A stretch of 62,900 nt of DNA, the filler included, from Octopus bimaculoides (taxonomy: Eukaryota): the NCBI RefSeq assembly GCF_001194135.2. It is 6 parts of 6 records of this genome, joined end to end, with 100 filler letters (N's around TTAATTAATTAA, not from the genome) between each part and the next. Parts side by side here need not be neighbours in the genome. Positions count along the whole stretch, not along the records: positions 60,299 to 62,900 come from NW_026340839.1; 5 more parts are not named here. The stretch is one strand, 5' to 3'. The notes below the pieces were generated by a model. It saw only the letters and a program-made list of their open reading frames with translations. It made no database searches and was not told where the DNA came from. The stretch's first letter is position 1; each line of letters begins with the position of its first letter. This document shows, piece by piece, positions 62,859 through 62,900 of this stretch. The translations under genes and the position numbers were made by a program.

Positions 62859-62900
<42 letters not shown>

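Overview
AT-rich, gap-ridden animal genomic DNA, mostly intron or intergenic. The SINE families, microsatellite density and LINE types look like an octopus/coleoid cephalopod genome; this is inferred from pattern recognition, not a search. There is one confidently identified host-gene exon, a LysM-domain LYSMD1/2-like internal exon at 42029-42354 (+). Most of the rest is mobile DNA: a decayed Tx1/L1-type LINE, RTE, R4/Dong-like RLE and Penelope-like (GIY-YIG) remnants, two mariner derivatives, a probable piggyBac fragment, hAT-, TA- and TTAA-type MITEs (some nested), and dozens of tRNA-derived SINEs. It also holds several minisatellites and a 3.8-kb CpG-rich ACGT/CGTT satellite. The most notable unannotated signal is a set of type I hammerhead ribozyme motifs from at least three short-element families. 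The best is a copy with all core nucleotides canonical that caps a ~135-nt rod-like hairpin (45187-45321), whose family also occurs as a ~220-bp foldback (36150-36368). Two further copies share a non-canonical CUGUUGA core (29633-29668, 38020-38056), and one lies directly 3' of a Penelope-like endonuclease remnant (30794-30848). Most ORF-track entries are microsatellite or N-gap artefacts. All alignments and folds were done by eye.
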